64,000 bases of DNA, taken from contig SVGR01000001.1 of NCBI GenBank assembly GCA_015056265.1, forward strand, positions 228 through 64,227, given 5' to 3'. The translations under genes and the position numbers were made by a program. This stretch comes from Clostridiales bacterium (lineage in GTDB: Bacteria > Bacillota > Clostridia > Christensenellales > Aristaeellaceae). The notes under the pieces are model-generated. The model was given only the letters and a program-made list of their open reading frames with translations, had not been told where the DNA came from and did no database searches. This document shows, one piece after another, positions 52,683-63,199 of the stretch (position 1 is the first letter of the stretch; every line of letters starts with the position of its first letter).

Positions 52683-53612
52683 TTATTCGATGGTCTGGAC
52701 GATTTCGCCGTCCTTTTCCGTGAAATCCACCTGACCGATGACGGTGCGGCGGTTGGCGCTGGGATGGGCGGGATCGGTCTGGATATGGAAGGAGGTATAC
52801 AGCTTTCCATCTTTGCCAGTGAAAAATGCATTATGACCGGCGCCGAAGAGATCACCCCGCCTGGAGAGCACCGGATTATGGGCGGATTTTTTCCAGGGCC
52901 CCATGGGATGATCGGCCGTGGCCACGCAGATGGAGTAATCATTGGAGCCGAAATAATTGGCGGAATAATTCATGATATATTTGCCGTCCCGGAAGATGAC
53001 GCAGGGGCCTTCATTCCACAGCATGGGATGGGTCCAGCCGTAATCTTCAAATTTCAGTTCCTTTGATTTCATTTCCCAGGGCTGATCGGGGGTGGTCATG
53101 AGGCGATGCTCGCCCACGGTGTTGGTCAGGGTATCATCCAGCTGCACGCAGTACACCTGGCTGGCCTTCACATCGCCCACCACGTTTTCCCCGCAGTCCC
53201 GGGAATAATAGAAGAAATTGCCTTCGGGGCACTTGAGCACAGAGCCGTCGATGGTGGCATAGCCCAGATCGAACATGGGCCGGTTATGCACGTCCACAAA
53301 GGGGCCCTTGGGATGATCCGCTACGGCAACGCCAAGCCGCAAGGATTTGCTTTCCCGGCTCAGGCCGGTATAGTGCATATAAAATTTCCCCTGATGCTCC
53401 ACCACTTCCGGAGCCCAGAAATGGGACTGGGCCCAATAATCCGTGCCCTTGAAGCACAGAACGGGATCCTGCCAATGCACCAGATCATCGCTTTCCCACA
53501 CCATGAATCCTTCGTCATGGCTGGTGGCATAGCAATAATAAACTCCGTCATACAGCAGAATCTGCGGATCACCGATCTTTGTAATTTCCGTTACGATCAT
53601 ATGGATTTGCAC
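52683..53612 (-). CDS. GH43 family glycoside hydrolase (cytoplasmic)
   Basis: GDPQILLYDGVYYCYAT, HFWAPEV, TIDGSVL and LWNEGPCV supply the Asp/Asp/Glu triad context. The start is either GTG 53612 or ATG 53600. Confidence 0.8.
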   Translation of the reverse strand: MQIHMIVTEITKIGDPQILLYDGVYYCYATSHDEGFMVWESDDLVHWQDPVLCFKGTDYWAQSHFWAPEVVEHQGKFYMHYTGLSRESKSLRLGVAVADHPKGPFVDVHNRPMFDLGYATIDGSVLKCPEGNFFYYSRDCGENVVGDVKASQVYCVQLDDTLTNTVGEHRLMTTPDQPWEMKSKELKFEDYGWTHPMLWNEGPCVIFRDGKYIMNYSANYFGSNDYSICVATADHPMGPWKKSAHNPVLSRRGDLFGAGHNAFFTGKDGKLYTSFHIQTDPAHPSANRRTVIGQVDFTEKDGEIVQTIE

Positions 53613-53786
53613 CGTCCTTTATCTTTTAATGGGTTTTCCATCGGCTGCATTATAGCACAGTCCCGTTTACATAACAAGGCGAAAATTGGGAAATGTAGGC
53701 TTGACAAAGTGCAGGGGAGCGCCTATGATGAACTAGATTTGACGCTGCACACATATGATTTCTGACGGGGAAAGGATGGCGACACC

Positions 53787-54635
53787 GTGAAATTCAAAAA
53801 TGATAAATTGATGGATACCTCCGCCCATTATTATGTGCCCCTGCCTGAAAAGATGAAGCATCTGCTCTATTATCCCATCAGCGTGGGGTATTTCGATTGC
53901 CTTCCCTCCTATTCTGTGGAGCGCAATGTGTTCAGCAGTTTCCTGCTGCTGGTGATGATGCAGGGGGATCTGGTGTATCAGGTGCGCCGGGGCAGCGGGG
54001 TGGTGCATGCCGGGGAGGCGTTGCTGCTGGACTGCAATCAGCCCCATTTCTACAAGGCCAGCGGCCCCTGCTCCTTCACCTTTATCCATTTTGACGGCGC
54101 CCAATCCCGGGAAATTTTCGACGATATTGAAAACCGCTGCGGGAATGTAGTCCGCACCCACGACGCCGCCACCCTGTTGGATATTATCAGCACCATCATG
54201 CAGGATATCAAGCGGCAAAAACGCATTAATGAAGCCCGTACCTCCGTGATGCTCTACAGCATGCTGCTGCGCCTATTGGAAAACAGCGGCGGCACAGGAG
54301 AAGGCCTGAGCGGTACGGAGGTGGTGGATCAGGCCATTTCCTATATCCAGCAGCATCTGACAGATAACCTGGATGTAGAAAATATCGCCGCGCACGTGGG
54401 CTACAGCCCCTCCTATTTTTCCCATGTGTTTTCCAGGAAAATGAATATGTCGCCCTATCAATTCGTGATCATCAGCCGCATTGAAAAGGCCCAGCACCTG
54501 CTGCAGACTACCGAAATGTCCGTGCAGGAAATTGCCTTTCAAACGGGATTCACCACTGTGGCCCACTTCAGCCACACCTTCCGCAAGCATGTGGGCAAAA
54601 CGCCTCAGGCCTATCGCAAGCTGCCAATGATGTAA
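53787..54635 (+). CDS. AraC family transcriptional regulator (cupin-type sensor + HTH)
   Basis: The C-terminus reads AAHVGYSPSYFSHVFSRKMNMSPYQF...IAFQTGFTTVAHFSHTFRKHVGKTPQAYRK. GTG start has GAAAGGATGG upstream. Confidence 0.85.
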   Translation: MKFKNDKLMDTSAHYYVPLPEKMKHLLYYPISVGYFDCLPSYSVERNVFSSFLLLVMMQGDLVYQVRRGSGVVHAGEALLLDCNQPHFYKASGPCSFTFIHFDGAQSREIFDDIENRCGNVVRTHDAATLLDIISTIMQDIKRQKRINEARTSVMLYSMLLRLLENSGGTGEGLSGTEVVDQAISYIQQHLTDNLDVENIAAHVGYSPSYFSHVFSRKMNMSPYQFVIISRIEKAQHLLQTTEMSVQEIAFQTGFTTVAHFSHTFRKHVGKTPQAYRKLPMM

Positions 54636-54691
54636 TTTTTACTTCCTCTTCCGCCGGGGCATGCAGGCCAAATCTCTTCCCCTGCCGATAC

Positions 54692-54724
54692 GCAGCCGTG
54701 AGAAATATTCTTCTCACCGGCTGC
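54692..54724 (+). terminator. araC-family gene terminator
   Basis: GCAGCCGTGAGAA-atattc-TTCTCACCGGCTGC followed by TTATTTC. Confidence 0.6.
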
Positions 54725-54927
54725 TTATTTCTGTACAATTCCAGCCATTTTTGCATAAAACAGGTGCGTTTTTTTCCAAAAATTCGTTTGAATTTTCCCA
54801 TTTTTTCACTTGTTTAATCTGGTATTTTTATATACATCCCCAGACTCGTATGCGCAAAAAAGTCCAAATAGAGCAGTTTTACGATAAAACATAATTGAGA
54901 ATCCGATATCTTTTTTATAAATATATA

Positions 54928-54936
54928 TGGTATAGT
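54928..54936 (+). promoter_or_regulatory. extended -10 element (TGG-TATAGT) for the second sugar operon
   Basis: TGGTATAGT lies in an AT-rich tract about 145 nt upstream of ATG 55081. The -35 is poor. Confidence 0.3.
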
Positions 54937-55007
54937 AATTACATCGGTGGGGTTACCGGCGCAATCGTTCCCGCTCCGTTAAACATCCGCCACTCGTTTT
55001 TTGAAAC

Positions 55008-55067
55008 TATACACGCCTCCCCCCAATGGGCACCATTGGATGAGTGCGTGTATAAGAATATTTTTTT
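55008..55067 (+). promoter_or_regulatory. leader stem-loop followed by a T7 run (possible attenuator or operator)
   Basis: Outer arms are TATACACGC (55008-55016) and GCGTGTATA (55046-55054). Inner arms are CCAATGG (55023-55029) and CCATTGG (55033-55039). T7 lies at 55061-55067, immediately before the AAGGAGG RBS. Confidence 0.45.
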
Positions 55068-55080
55068 AAGGAGGCACCTC

Positions 55081-56784
55081 ATGAAGAAACTGTTTGCGGC
55101 TCTCATGGTCCTGTGCATGCTGCTGGGTAGCAGCGCCCTCGCTCTGGAAACCGGCGTAGAAGAATTCTACAACCCGGTTTACGAAGGCGAGTACTTCGCT
55201 CCTGTGGCTGACACCCTCACCGAACTCACCATCGGTAAGTGCGTCCGCACCTCCATCTCCTACATCGACGGCGACACCGTGGAAGACAACTTCTGCACCC
55301 GCTACTTCGAAAAGACCCTGAACGTGAAGTACATCCACGATTGGCAGTCTGACGAAGGCGCCTACACCGAAAACGTGAACCTGATGATCGCTGAAGCCGC
55401 TTGGGATCTGGATATCATGCCCGACGTCTTCACCGTCAACTACGATCAGCTGACCCAGCTGGCCGAAGCCGGCATGATCGCTGACCTGACCGACGCCTAC
55501 GAAAAGTATGCTTCTCCCAACCTGAAGGGCGCTATGGATTCCTCCAGCGGCCTGGCCCGGAACCTGGTTACCTTCAATGGCCAGATGCTGGCTATCCCCT
55601 CCGGCGACTGCGGTGAAAACTCCTGCGGTCTGTACTGGATCCGTAAGGACTGGGTTGAAAAGCTGGGCGCCAAGATGCCTGAAACCCTGGACGAACTGAT
55701 CACTCTGGCCCGCCGCTTCATCGCTGAAGATCCCGATGGCAACGGCGTTGATGATACCATGGGTATCTGGGCTGGCAACAACGTATTCGCTGTGAACAGC
55801 GGCGTGGGCGTTATGAACCAGCTGACCAGCGCCATGAACGCTTATCCCGAATACTGGTACTGCGACGAAGAAGGCAAGGTTCTGTACGGCTCCGTGCAGC
55901 CCGAAATGCGCGTTGCCCTTGAAAAGCTGGCTGGCTGGATCAAGGAAGGCGTCATCAACCCCAACTTCGTGGCCGGCGATGACTTCGCTGCCAAGGTTCA
56001 GGGCCCCGAAAACAAGGGCGGCACCTGCGGTATCGTTTCCATGCCCTGGTGGAATGCTTCCGTTCCCGCTTCCATGGTTATCGCCAACCCCGAACAGGTT
56101 CGTTGGGATGTTGCCATGATCCAGGATGCCAACGGCGTCATCAATATGCCCATGATGAACCCCGCCAGCGTTTACCTGGTAGCCAAGGCCGGCATCAGCG
56201 ATGAAAAGCTGGAAGCCATCATCAAGACCATGAACCTGCAGCTGGAAACCGACCTGGCTGTTGGTATGAACCTGTACTACAGCGGCACCGCTCATAACCC
56301 CTACGGCACCTACATGATGCCCTTCTCCATCCTGGTTACCTACTACAACCAGAAGGCTCTCCAGGGCGCTCATGCCATCCAGGCCTACAACGGCGAAATC
56401 GATATGAACACCCTGTTCGGCGAAGACTACAACACTGCTGCCGCTTACAAGCGCTTCAAGGATGGCGGCTCCACCTTCTCCATCGCTGCTCAGGATCCCG
56501 ATATGTGCTACATGATGCACTTCTTCGTAATCGGCGCCGGTTCCTTCAACCGCAATGCTGATAAGATCAACTGGATCCTGCCCGCCACCGAAGCCACCAC
56601 TGCTACCATGCAGACCAAGTGGGCCACCCTCCAGACCATGGAAGATCAGACCTTCATGCAGATCCTCAATGGCGAAAAGGGTATCGAAGCCTTCGATCAG
56701 TTTGTTGAAGACTGGTACAGGCTGGGCGGCACCGATGTCATCGCTGAAAAGCAGGCCATCGTGGATGCTCAGAAGGCCAAGTAA
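55081..56784 (+). CDS. large ABC sugar-binding protein
   Basis: AAGGAGG lies 6 nt before the ATG. Signal peptide MKKLFAALMVLCMLLGSSALA. 567 aa. Confidence 0.8.
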   Translation: MKKLFAALMVLCMLLGSSALALETGVEEFYNPVYEGEYFAPVADTLTELTIGKCVRTSISYIDGDTVEDNFCTRYFEKTLNVKYIHDWQSDEGAYTENVNLMIAEAAWDLDIMPDVFTVNYDQLTQLAEAGMIADLTDAYEKYASPNLKGAMDSSSGLARNLVTFNGQMLAIPSGDCGENSCGLYWIRKDWVEKLGAKMPETLDELITLARRFIAEDPDGNGVDDTMGIWAGNNVFAVNSGVGVMNQLTSAMNAYPEYWYCDEEGKVLYGSVQPEMRVALEKLAGWIKEGVINPNFVAGDDFAAKVQGPENKGGTCGIVSMPWWNASVPASMVIANPEQVRWDVAMIQDANGVINMPMMNPASVYLVAKAGISDEKLEAIIKTMNLQLETDLAVGMNLYYSGTAHNPYGTYMMPFSILVTYYNQKALQGAHAIQAYNGEIDMNTLFGEDYNTAAAYKRFKDGGSTFSIAAQDPDMCYMMHFFVIGAGSFNRNADKINWILPATEATTATMQTKWATLQTMEDQTFMQILNGEKGIEAFDQFVEDWYRLGGTDVIAEKQAIVDAQKAK

Positions 56785-56813
56785 TCCATAACCCATCATA
56801 CTAACCTTACTGG

Positions 56814-56837
56814 GGGGGAGGGGGCAACCCCTCCCCC
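56814..56837 (+). promoter_or_regulatory. intercistronic 10-bp G/C stem-loop with GCAA tetraloop
   Basis: GGGGGAGGGG-GCAA-CCCCTCCCCC. Confidence 0.6.
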
Positions 56838-56876
56838 ATCTTCCTTTCAGGATAAAGCAGAGAGGAGCACAGATAT

Positions 56877-57842
56877 ATGCAATTATCAAAGAAAAAAGGC
56901 ATATCCACGGGCGTTCCCCGGGATGTAAAAAGAAGAATGAGTCAGGTTACCCTGAAAAATACATGGCCGTTGCATCTAATGCTGCTTCCCTGCATTATCA
57001 TGATGCTAATTTTCAACACCCGTCCCCTGTTCCAGGGCGTTCGGATTGCTATGCTGAACTACAAGCCTGCCCTGGGCTTTGAAAAATCTGCATATGTGGG
57101 CTTAGATAACTTCAAGTTCATTTTCGAACTGCCCACCACTGCTACCCTGCTGCGCAACACGGTTGTCATGGCCGTGGGCAAGATCCTGCTGCGACAGTTC
57201 CTGGCCATTATGTACGCACTGATGCTGCATGAAATGGCCAATCGCCGCTGGGAGCGCATTTCCCAGACCATCGTTTACCTGCCCCATTTCCTCTCCTGGG
57301 TTATTCTGGGCGTGGTTGTCCGCACCATTCTGGCCAATGACGGCCCCGTCAACAATATCCTTACCGGCTTGGGCCTGACCCAATCCCCTATTGGTTTCAT
57401 CACAAGCAACCATTACTTCCAGGGAACAATGATCGTAACCGACGCCTGGAAGGAATTCGGATACGCTGCCGTTATCTACATCGCCACTCTTGCCGGCGTT
57501 AATCCCGAACTTTACGAAGCCGCTTCCATCGACGGCGCCAGCCGCTTCCAGCGCACCCGCTACATCACCCTGCCCAGCATTTCCACCACCATCATGCTGG
57601 TCATGGCCCTGCAGATTGGCGGCATCCTGAATGCGGGCTTCGATCAGATTTTCAATATGTATACTCCTGCCGTATATGAAACCGGCGACGTCCTGGACAC
57701 CTACGTATACCGCATGGGCTTCCAGAGCGCTCAGTATTCCATCTCCACTGCCATCGGCTTTATGACCGGTATCGTGGGCATGGTGCTGACCCTGATTTCC
57801 AACTTCCTGGCGTCCAAGTTTGGCAACCGCCGCTTGTTCTAA
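56877..57842 (+). CDS. ABC sugar permease (LplB/MalF-like)
   Basis: GAGGAG lies 9 nt before the ATG. Contains the loop YEAASIDGASRFQRTRYITLP. Confidence 0.8.
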   Translation: MQLSKKKGISTGVPRDVKRRMSQVTLKNTWPLHLMLLPCIIMMLIFNTRPLFQGVRIAMLNYKPALGFEKSAYVGLDNFKFIFELPTTATLLRNTVVMAVGKILLRQFLAIMYALMLHEMANRRWERISQTIVYLPHFLSWVILGVVVRTILANDGPVNNILTGLGLTQSPIGFITSNHYFQGTMIVTDAWKEFGYAAVIYIATLAGVNPELYEAASIDGASRFQRTRYITLPSISTTIMLVMALQIGGILNAGFDQIFNMYTPAVYETGDVLDTYVYRMGFQSAQYSISTAIGFMTGIVGMVLTLISNFLASKFGNRRLF

Positions 57843-57861
57843 GGAAAGGAGGAAGAAGAAA

Positions 57862-58749
57862 ATGATTAAAAGCCGTTCCTTAGGTGACCGCATTTATCTT
57901 GGCATTATCTGGGGCATCGTCATTTTCCTGACGCTGCTGTGTCTGCTGCCCCTGATCCATATGGTGGCCCTTTCCTTCAGTTCCCGCATTTATGCAGAGG
58001 CCCGCCAGGTATCCTTCTGGCCCATGGGATTCCATCTGGAAGCCTACAAGGCCGTTGTGGCCGATGGTCAGTATCTCCGCTCCTTTGGCATTTCCGTGGC
58101 CCGCGTGACGGTGGGTACCTTCTTCAACCTGATCGCCCTTTTCCTGATGGCCTTCCCCCTCTCCCACGACAAGAAACGCTTCCCCTCCCGCAACATTTAC
58201 ATGCTCTACACCCTGTTCTGCATGATGTTCGGCGGTGGCCTGGTGCCCTGGTATTTCACCATGCGCGATGTGGGCTTTGTGGGAAATTTCTGGGGCCTGG
58301 TCATGCCCTGTATTCCCTTTGGCAATATGATCCTGATGATGAACGCCATGCGCAATATCCCCAAGCCCCTGCGCGAATCGGCGGAACTGGACGGCGCGGC
58401 CAACATGCGTCTCTTGTTCAACATCTATATCCCCCTTACCATTCCCACGCTGGCAGTTATCATCCTCTACTCCGTAGTAGGCCACTGGAATGAATTCTTC
58501 GCTGCCCGTATTCTGATCAAGAAGACCAAGGATCTGCCCCTGATGAGTTACATCTATTCTCTGCGAATGACTGACACTCAACTTTCCTCCACCTTGACAG
58601 TTGAAGAAATCAAGCGTATGCAGAACCTGGGCAGCATCGGTTTTGAATCTGCAAAGATCGTGGTTGCCTCTGTTCCTCTGCTGCTGATCTATCCTTTGAT
58701 TCAGCGCTATTTTATCGGCGGTATACAATTGGGCGCCGTGAAGGAATAA
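57862..58749 (+). CDS. ABC sugar permease (LplC/MalG-like)
   Basis: AGGAGG precedes the ATG. Contains the loop RESAELDGAANMRLLFNIYIP. Confidence 0.8.
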   Translation: MIKSRSLGDRIYLGIIWGIVIFLTLLCLLPLIHMVALSFSSRIYAEARQVSFWPMGFHLEAYKAVVADGQYLRSFGISVARVTVGTFFNLIALFLMAFPLSHDKKRFPSRNIYMLYTLFCMMFGGGLVPWYFTMRDVGFVGNFWGLVMPCIPFGNMILMMNAMRNIPKPLRESAELDGAANMRLLFNIYIPLTIPTLAVIILYSVVGHWNEFFAARILIKKTKDLPLMSYIYSLRMTDTQLSSTLTVEEIKRMQNLGSIGFESAKIVVASVPLLLIYPLIQRYFIGGIQLGAVKE

Positions 58750-58833
58750 CAGTATATTCTATCGAATTATTTCCCTGCATGCCTGATTTTTCGGCCTCTG
58801 CAGGGAAATATTCACATGAGAGGAGATAATCGT

Positions 58834-60300
58834 ATGAAAAAGATGTTCATTTTGCTGCTGGCCCTGATGATGATTGCCGCTTCCTGCGCCTTTGCTCAAG
58901 AATTTGAAAAGCTGGACACCCTGTCCATTACCGAATTTTCCGACCGTTTTTATAAAAATCCCAGCGGTCTATCCGGCTTGGGCGATCCCCATGTTTTCAA
59001 GGTGGATGATACCTATTACTGCGTGGCCACCGGCGGCGGGAAAGGATTTTACGTCTATCAGACCAAAGATCTTTCCGATTGGCTGTCTACCCGCAATCAA
59101 CGGGTGCAAGCATTTACCGGCACCTCTTGGGCCCACACAAATTATTGGGCGCCCGAAATCCACAAGTACGGTGATCAATGGGTGATGCTGTATTCTGCTC
59201 AAGAGGGCGCTGATTATGATTTGCGCCTGGGCATCGCCTTTGCCAAATCGCCCCTTGGCAACTTCTACGATCCCCTGCGCAAGCCCCTTCTGGATACCGA
59301 TTACTGCGCCATCGACGCCCATCTTTTTGTGGATGACGACGGAACACCCTATCTCTTCTACGTCCGGGATAATTATGATAATGTAAAGACCATCAAGGAG
59401 CCCGGCATGAAATTCGGCGGTAAGGTACATAAGGTGAGCGAAACCTACGGCGTGCAGCTGACCCCTGATCTGCTCTCCACCGTGGGCGAGCCTGTTCTGC
59501 TGACTACCCCTTCCGAAGAATGGGAAATGCTCTCCGGATATTATATCTGGAATGAAGGCGTGTGCGTACAGAAGCACGACGGCAAATATTATCTCTTCTA
59601 CAGCGCCAACTATACCTCCACCCACAATTACTGCGTGGGCGCGGCTGTATCCGATTCGCCTCTGGGCCCCTATGTGAAGCAGGCCAATAACCCCATCCTG
59701 GCCCCCGCGACCAGCATGAATACCGACGCTGTTATCGTATCCGGCCCCGGCCATCACATGTATTTCACCGTCGGGGACGAGCTGTTCACCTCCTACCATG
59801 TGAATACCTCCAACACCAATCCCACCATGGACCGTACCCTGTGCATTGACCGTGCAGGCTACCATGCCGACGGCACCGCCTACATCAACGGCGTTTCCCT
59901 GCGCCGGCAGCTTCTGCCCCTGGCCGATCTGAATCTGAAGGATGGCACCAAGCTGGCCAAGGCAGAATCCGATGGCGACACCGGGCTTTTGCTGGATGGC
60001 GACTATTGCATCGCCGCCTCCTCCGCCGCTTATCTGTGGCAGGGAACCCAGGCCAGCCTTACCTGGGATGAACCCATCGTATCCGATATGATGATGATTT
60101 ATCCGGAACGGGGCAACACGGGCACCGGCCGGGTGATCTTCAATGAACAATATGTGCATGAAGTGAACCTGGATAAAGTGAGCACCATGCCCGGCGATTC
60201 CGTGATCATTTGTTATGAACCGATGGAGATTTCTTCCGTGCGTATCGAATGGGATCAGGAAACCAAGATTGGCGAAGTGATCGTGCTTGCCAATCCCTGA
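58834..60300 (+). CDS. secreted GH43 + C-terminal discoidin/CBM-like domain, paralog A
   Basis: Signal peptide MKKMFILLLALMMIAASCAFA. Contains GDPHVFK, YWAPEI, AIDAHLFVDDDG and IWNEGVCV. The C-terminus reads LLDGDYCIAASS...VRIEWDQETKIGEVIVL. Confidence 0.8.
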   Translation: MKKMFILLLALMMIAASCAFAQEFEKLDTLSITEFSDRFYKNPSGLSGLGDPHVFKVDDTYYCVATGGGKGFYVYQTKDLSDWLSTRNQRVQAFTGTSWAHTNYWAPEIHKYGDQWVMLYSAQEGADYDLRLGIAFAKSPLGNFYDPLRKPLLDTDYCAIDAHLFVDDDGTPYLFYVRDNYDNVKTIKEPGMKFGGKVHKVSETYGVQLTPDLLSTVGEPVLLTTPSEEWEMLSGYYIWNEGVCVQKHDGKYYLFYSANYTSTHNYCVGAAVSDSPLGPYVKQANNPILAPATSMNTDAVIVSGPGHHMYFTVGDELFTSYHVNTSNTNPTMDRTLCIDRAGYHADGTAYINGVSLRRQLLPLADLNLKDGTKLAKAESDGDTGLLLDGDYCIAASSAAYLWQGTQASLTWDEPIVSDMMMIYPERGNTGTGRVIFNEQYVHEVNLDKVSTMPGDSVIICYEPMEISSVRIEWDQETKIGEVIVLANP

Positions 60301-60318
60301 CGAATAAAGGAGAAACTG

Positions 60319-61755
60319 ATGAAAAAAGGATTGCTGCTGGTCTTGGCCCTGATGCTGCTGACTTCGTCCTGCGCTTTTGCTCAGGAGTATGAAGCATTGC
60401 CTACTGTTTCTATTACTCAGTTCAAGGATCGATTCTATAAAAACACCGATGGCCTTTCGGGGCTGGGGGATCCCCAGATCTATGTGGAAGGGGATACTTA
60501 CTACCTGATTGCTACCGGCCTGGTAGCCAGGGGATTTTCCCTCATTGCCTCTGACAAAGTGGATGCGTGGAAGGAAAACAGCAGCAACAGAAAATGGGTA
60601 TTCAAAGGAAATGAATGGGCGGATATGAATTATTGGGCGCCGGAACTGCATAAGTACGGCGATCAATACGTGCTGATGTATTCCGCTCAGTACGGCCCGG
60701 AATATAACCTTCGGCTGGGTATCGCTTTTGCCGATTCTCCTATGGGGCCTTTCAAGGATCCCTTGGGCAAGCCCCTGCTGGATACCGATTATTGCGCCAT
60801 CGACGCCCATCTTTTTGTGGATGACGACGGTACGCCCTATCTTTTCTATGTACGGGATAATTATGACAACGTCATCGGCAATCATAAGGTGAGCCAGACC
60901 TACGGCGTGCAGCTGACCCCCGATCTGCTTTCTACCGTGGGAGAGCCTGTGCTGCTGACCACCCCCAGCGAAGATTGGGAACTGAAATCCGGCTATTACA
61001 TCTGGAACGAGGGCGTATGCGTACTGAAGCATGAAGGAAAATACTATCTTTTCTTCAGCGCCAACTATACCTCCACCCATGATTACTGTGTGGGCGCAGC
61101 CGTATCCGATCATCCCCTGGGCCCCTATGTCAAGCAGGAAAACAACCCCATCCTGGCCCCGGAAGTGGATCTGGCCAATGGTTCAGTGATCGTATCCGGC
61201 CCCGGCCATCATTCCTATTTCACCGTTGGGGATGAATTATTCGCCTCCTATCACGTGAACACATCCAATACCAGGCCCACCATGGACCGAAAGCAGTATA
61301 TTGACCGCGCCGGCTTCCATGCCGACGGCACCGCCTATATCAACGGCGTCTCCCTGGTACGGCAGCTGCTGCCCCTTGCCGATATTGGTTTGGCCAACGG
61401 CACGAAGAACGCTTTCGTTTCCTCTGACGGGGAAACCGGGCTGCTGACGGACGGGGACTACTGTATCGCTGCTTCTTCTGCCGCATACCTCTGGCAGGGT
61501 ACAGAATGCACCCTCTCCTGGGATGAGCCCATTACATCCGATATGGTGCTCATTTACCCCCAGCGCGGCGAACCGGGAACCGGCCGGATCATCATCAACG
61601 AAACTTATGTCCATCAGGTGAACCTGAAAACCATCGGCACTCTTCCCGGAAGTTTTGTCTTGATCGGTTTTGAACCCATGGAAATCTCCTCCATCCGCAT
61701 TGAATGGGATCAAGATACCAAGATCGGCGAAGTAATCGTGCTGCAGAATCCATGA
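60319..61755 (+). CDS. secreted GH43 + C-terminal domain, paralog B
   Basis: Signal peptide MKKGLLLVLALMLLTSSCAFA. It carries the same motifs as paralog A and lacks the 12-aa KTIKEPGMKFGG insert. Confidence 0.8.
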   Translation: MKKGLLLVLALMLLTSSCAFAQEYEALPTVSITQFKDRFYKNTDGLSGLGDPQIYVEGDTYYLIATGLVARGFSLIASDKVDAWKENSSNRKWVFKGNEWADMNYWAPELHKYGDQYVLMYSAQYGPEYNLRLGIAFADSPMGPFKDPLGKPLLDTDYCAIDAHLFVDDDGTPYLFYVRDNYDNVIGNHKVSQTYGVQLTPDLLSTVGEPVLLTTPSEDWELKSGYYIWNEGVCVLKHEGKYYLFFSANYTSTHDYCVGAAVSDHPLGPYVKQENNPILAPEVDLANGSVIVSGPGHHSYFTVGDELFASYHVNTSNTRPTMDRKQYIDRAGFHADGTAYINGVSLVRQLLPLADIGLANGTKNAFVSSDGETGLLTDGDYCIAASSAAYLWQGTECTLSWDEPITSDMVLIYPQRGEPGTGRIIINETYVHQVNLKTIGTLPGSFVLIGFEPMEISSIRIEWDQDTKIGEVIVLQNP

Positions 61756-61819
61756 CCTGCCTGCACATCAGACCATGCAAATCATCCATTCGCATACAAT
61801 ACAAAAGGAGATGAGCATA

Positions 61820-63199
61820 ATGAGCTCGAACAGCCCCTTTACCCCTCTGAAGGCCCTGGCCCCCGAAGCGTATTCCCACCGTTTCTTCCGCAATCCCAGC
61901 GGCCTCTCCGATCTGGGCGATCCCATGATCTACAAAGAAGGAGATACCTATTATTGCTACGCCACCGGTGCCGGCAAGGGTTTCTACGTCTATCGGACCA
62001 AGGATCTTTCCGATTGGAGCCGGGCCGACGCGGAAAAAACCCTGTGCTTTGCTGGAAATAACTGGGCCGAATGCAACTACTGGGCCCCTGAAATGTACAA
62101 ATATCAAGATAAATATGTGCTTTTCTACTCTGCTCAGTACGGCCCCAAATATGATCTGCGGCTGGGTATCGCCTTTGCCGATTCCCCCATGGGTCCCTTC
62201 GTGGATCCCCTGGGTCATCCCCTGCTGGATACCCCCTACTGCGCCATCGACGCCCATCTGTTCGTGGATGACGACGGCACCCCCTATCTGTTTTACGTCC
62301 GGGATAATTATGACAACATAATCGGCGATCATAAAGTGAGCCAGACCTTCGGCGTGCAGCTCAGCCCCGATCTGCTCTCCCCCGTTGGCGAACCCGTGCT
62401 GCTTACCACTCCCCAGGAACCATGGGAACTGCTTTCCGGTTATTTTATCTGGAATGAAGGCGTCTTTGTGCTGAAAAACAAGGGCAAGTATCATCTGTTC
62501 TTCAGCGCCAATTACACCTCCACCCATGATTACTGTGTAGGCGTGGCCGTGGCCGATTCCCCCCTGGGCCCCTACAGCAAGCTGCGCCAGAACAATCCCC
62601 TGCTGGCCCCGGCCTCCAGCCTGGAAACGGGCAAGGTGATCGTATCCGGCCCCGGCCATCATGCCTATTTCACCGTGGGCGATGAATTGTTCACCTCCTA
62701 TCATGTGAACGCCGATATCGAAAACCCCACCATGATCCGCACCCTGTGCATTGACCGTGCAGGCTTCCATACCGACGGCACCGCTTATATCTGCGGCGGC
62801 ACCCAGGCCCGGCAATTGCTGCCCCTTCAGGATTTGGGCCTGAAAAATCTGCTGAAGGATGCCCGGATTCTTTCCGACGGCAATACCGGCCTGCTCACCG
62901 ACGGGGATATCTGCGTAGCCGAAACCTCTTCCCTCTATCTGTGGCGGGGTAAGGAAATCCGCATCTCCTGGCCGGAAGCAGTAAAAGCCGATATGATGAT
63001 GATCCATCATCGGCGTGCCGAAAAGGGAACCGGCCGTATCATCATCAACGAACAATATGAATACAGATTCAATTTTGCCGATATCGGTTCCCTGCCCGGC
63101 GCCGCCGTGATCGTGGGCTTCGAACCCATGGAGATCACCTCCTGCCGCATCGTTTTCGATCAGGATACCTGCATCGGCGAAATCCTGGTTGTGGGCTGA
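61820..63199 (+). CDS. cytoplasmic GH43 + C-terminal domain, paralog C
   Basis: AAGGAG lies 9 nt before ATG 61820. No signal peptide (MSSNSPFTPLKALAPEAYSHRFFRNPSGLSDLGDP). Confidence 0.8.
   Translation: MSSNSPFTPLKALAPEAYSHRFFRNPSGLSDLGDPMIYKEGDTYYCYATGAGKGFYVYRTKDLSDWSRADAEKTLCFAGNNWAECNYWAPEMYKYQDKYVLFYSAQYGPKYDLRLGIAFADSPMGPFVDPLGHPLLDTPYCAIDAHLFVDDDGTPYLFYVRDNYDNIIGDHKVSQTFGVQLSPDLLSPVGEPVLLTTPQEPWELLSGYFIWNEGVFVLKNKGKYHLFFSANYTSTHDYCVGVAVADSPLGPYSKLRQNNPLLAPASSLETGKVIVSGPGHHAYFTVGDELFTSYHVNADIENPTMIRTLCIDRAGFHTDGTAYICGGTQARQLLPLQDLGLKNLLKDARILSDGNTGLLTDGDICVAETSSLYLWRGKEIRISWPEAVKADMMMIHHRRAEKGTGRIIINEQYEYRFNFADIGSLPGAAVIVGFEPMEITSCRIVFDQDTCIGEILVVG

Noticed and set aside
55066-56889. 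Very long minus-strand ORFs across the second sugar locus: 55066-56889, 58969-61113, 61595-63244 and 63259-63834.
   Set aside because: They lie antisense to the SBP and GH43 genes, which have signal peptides, RBSs and catalytic motifs. The antisense products are repetitive G/H/I/A-rich strings with no start context.
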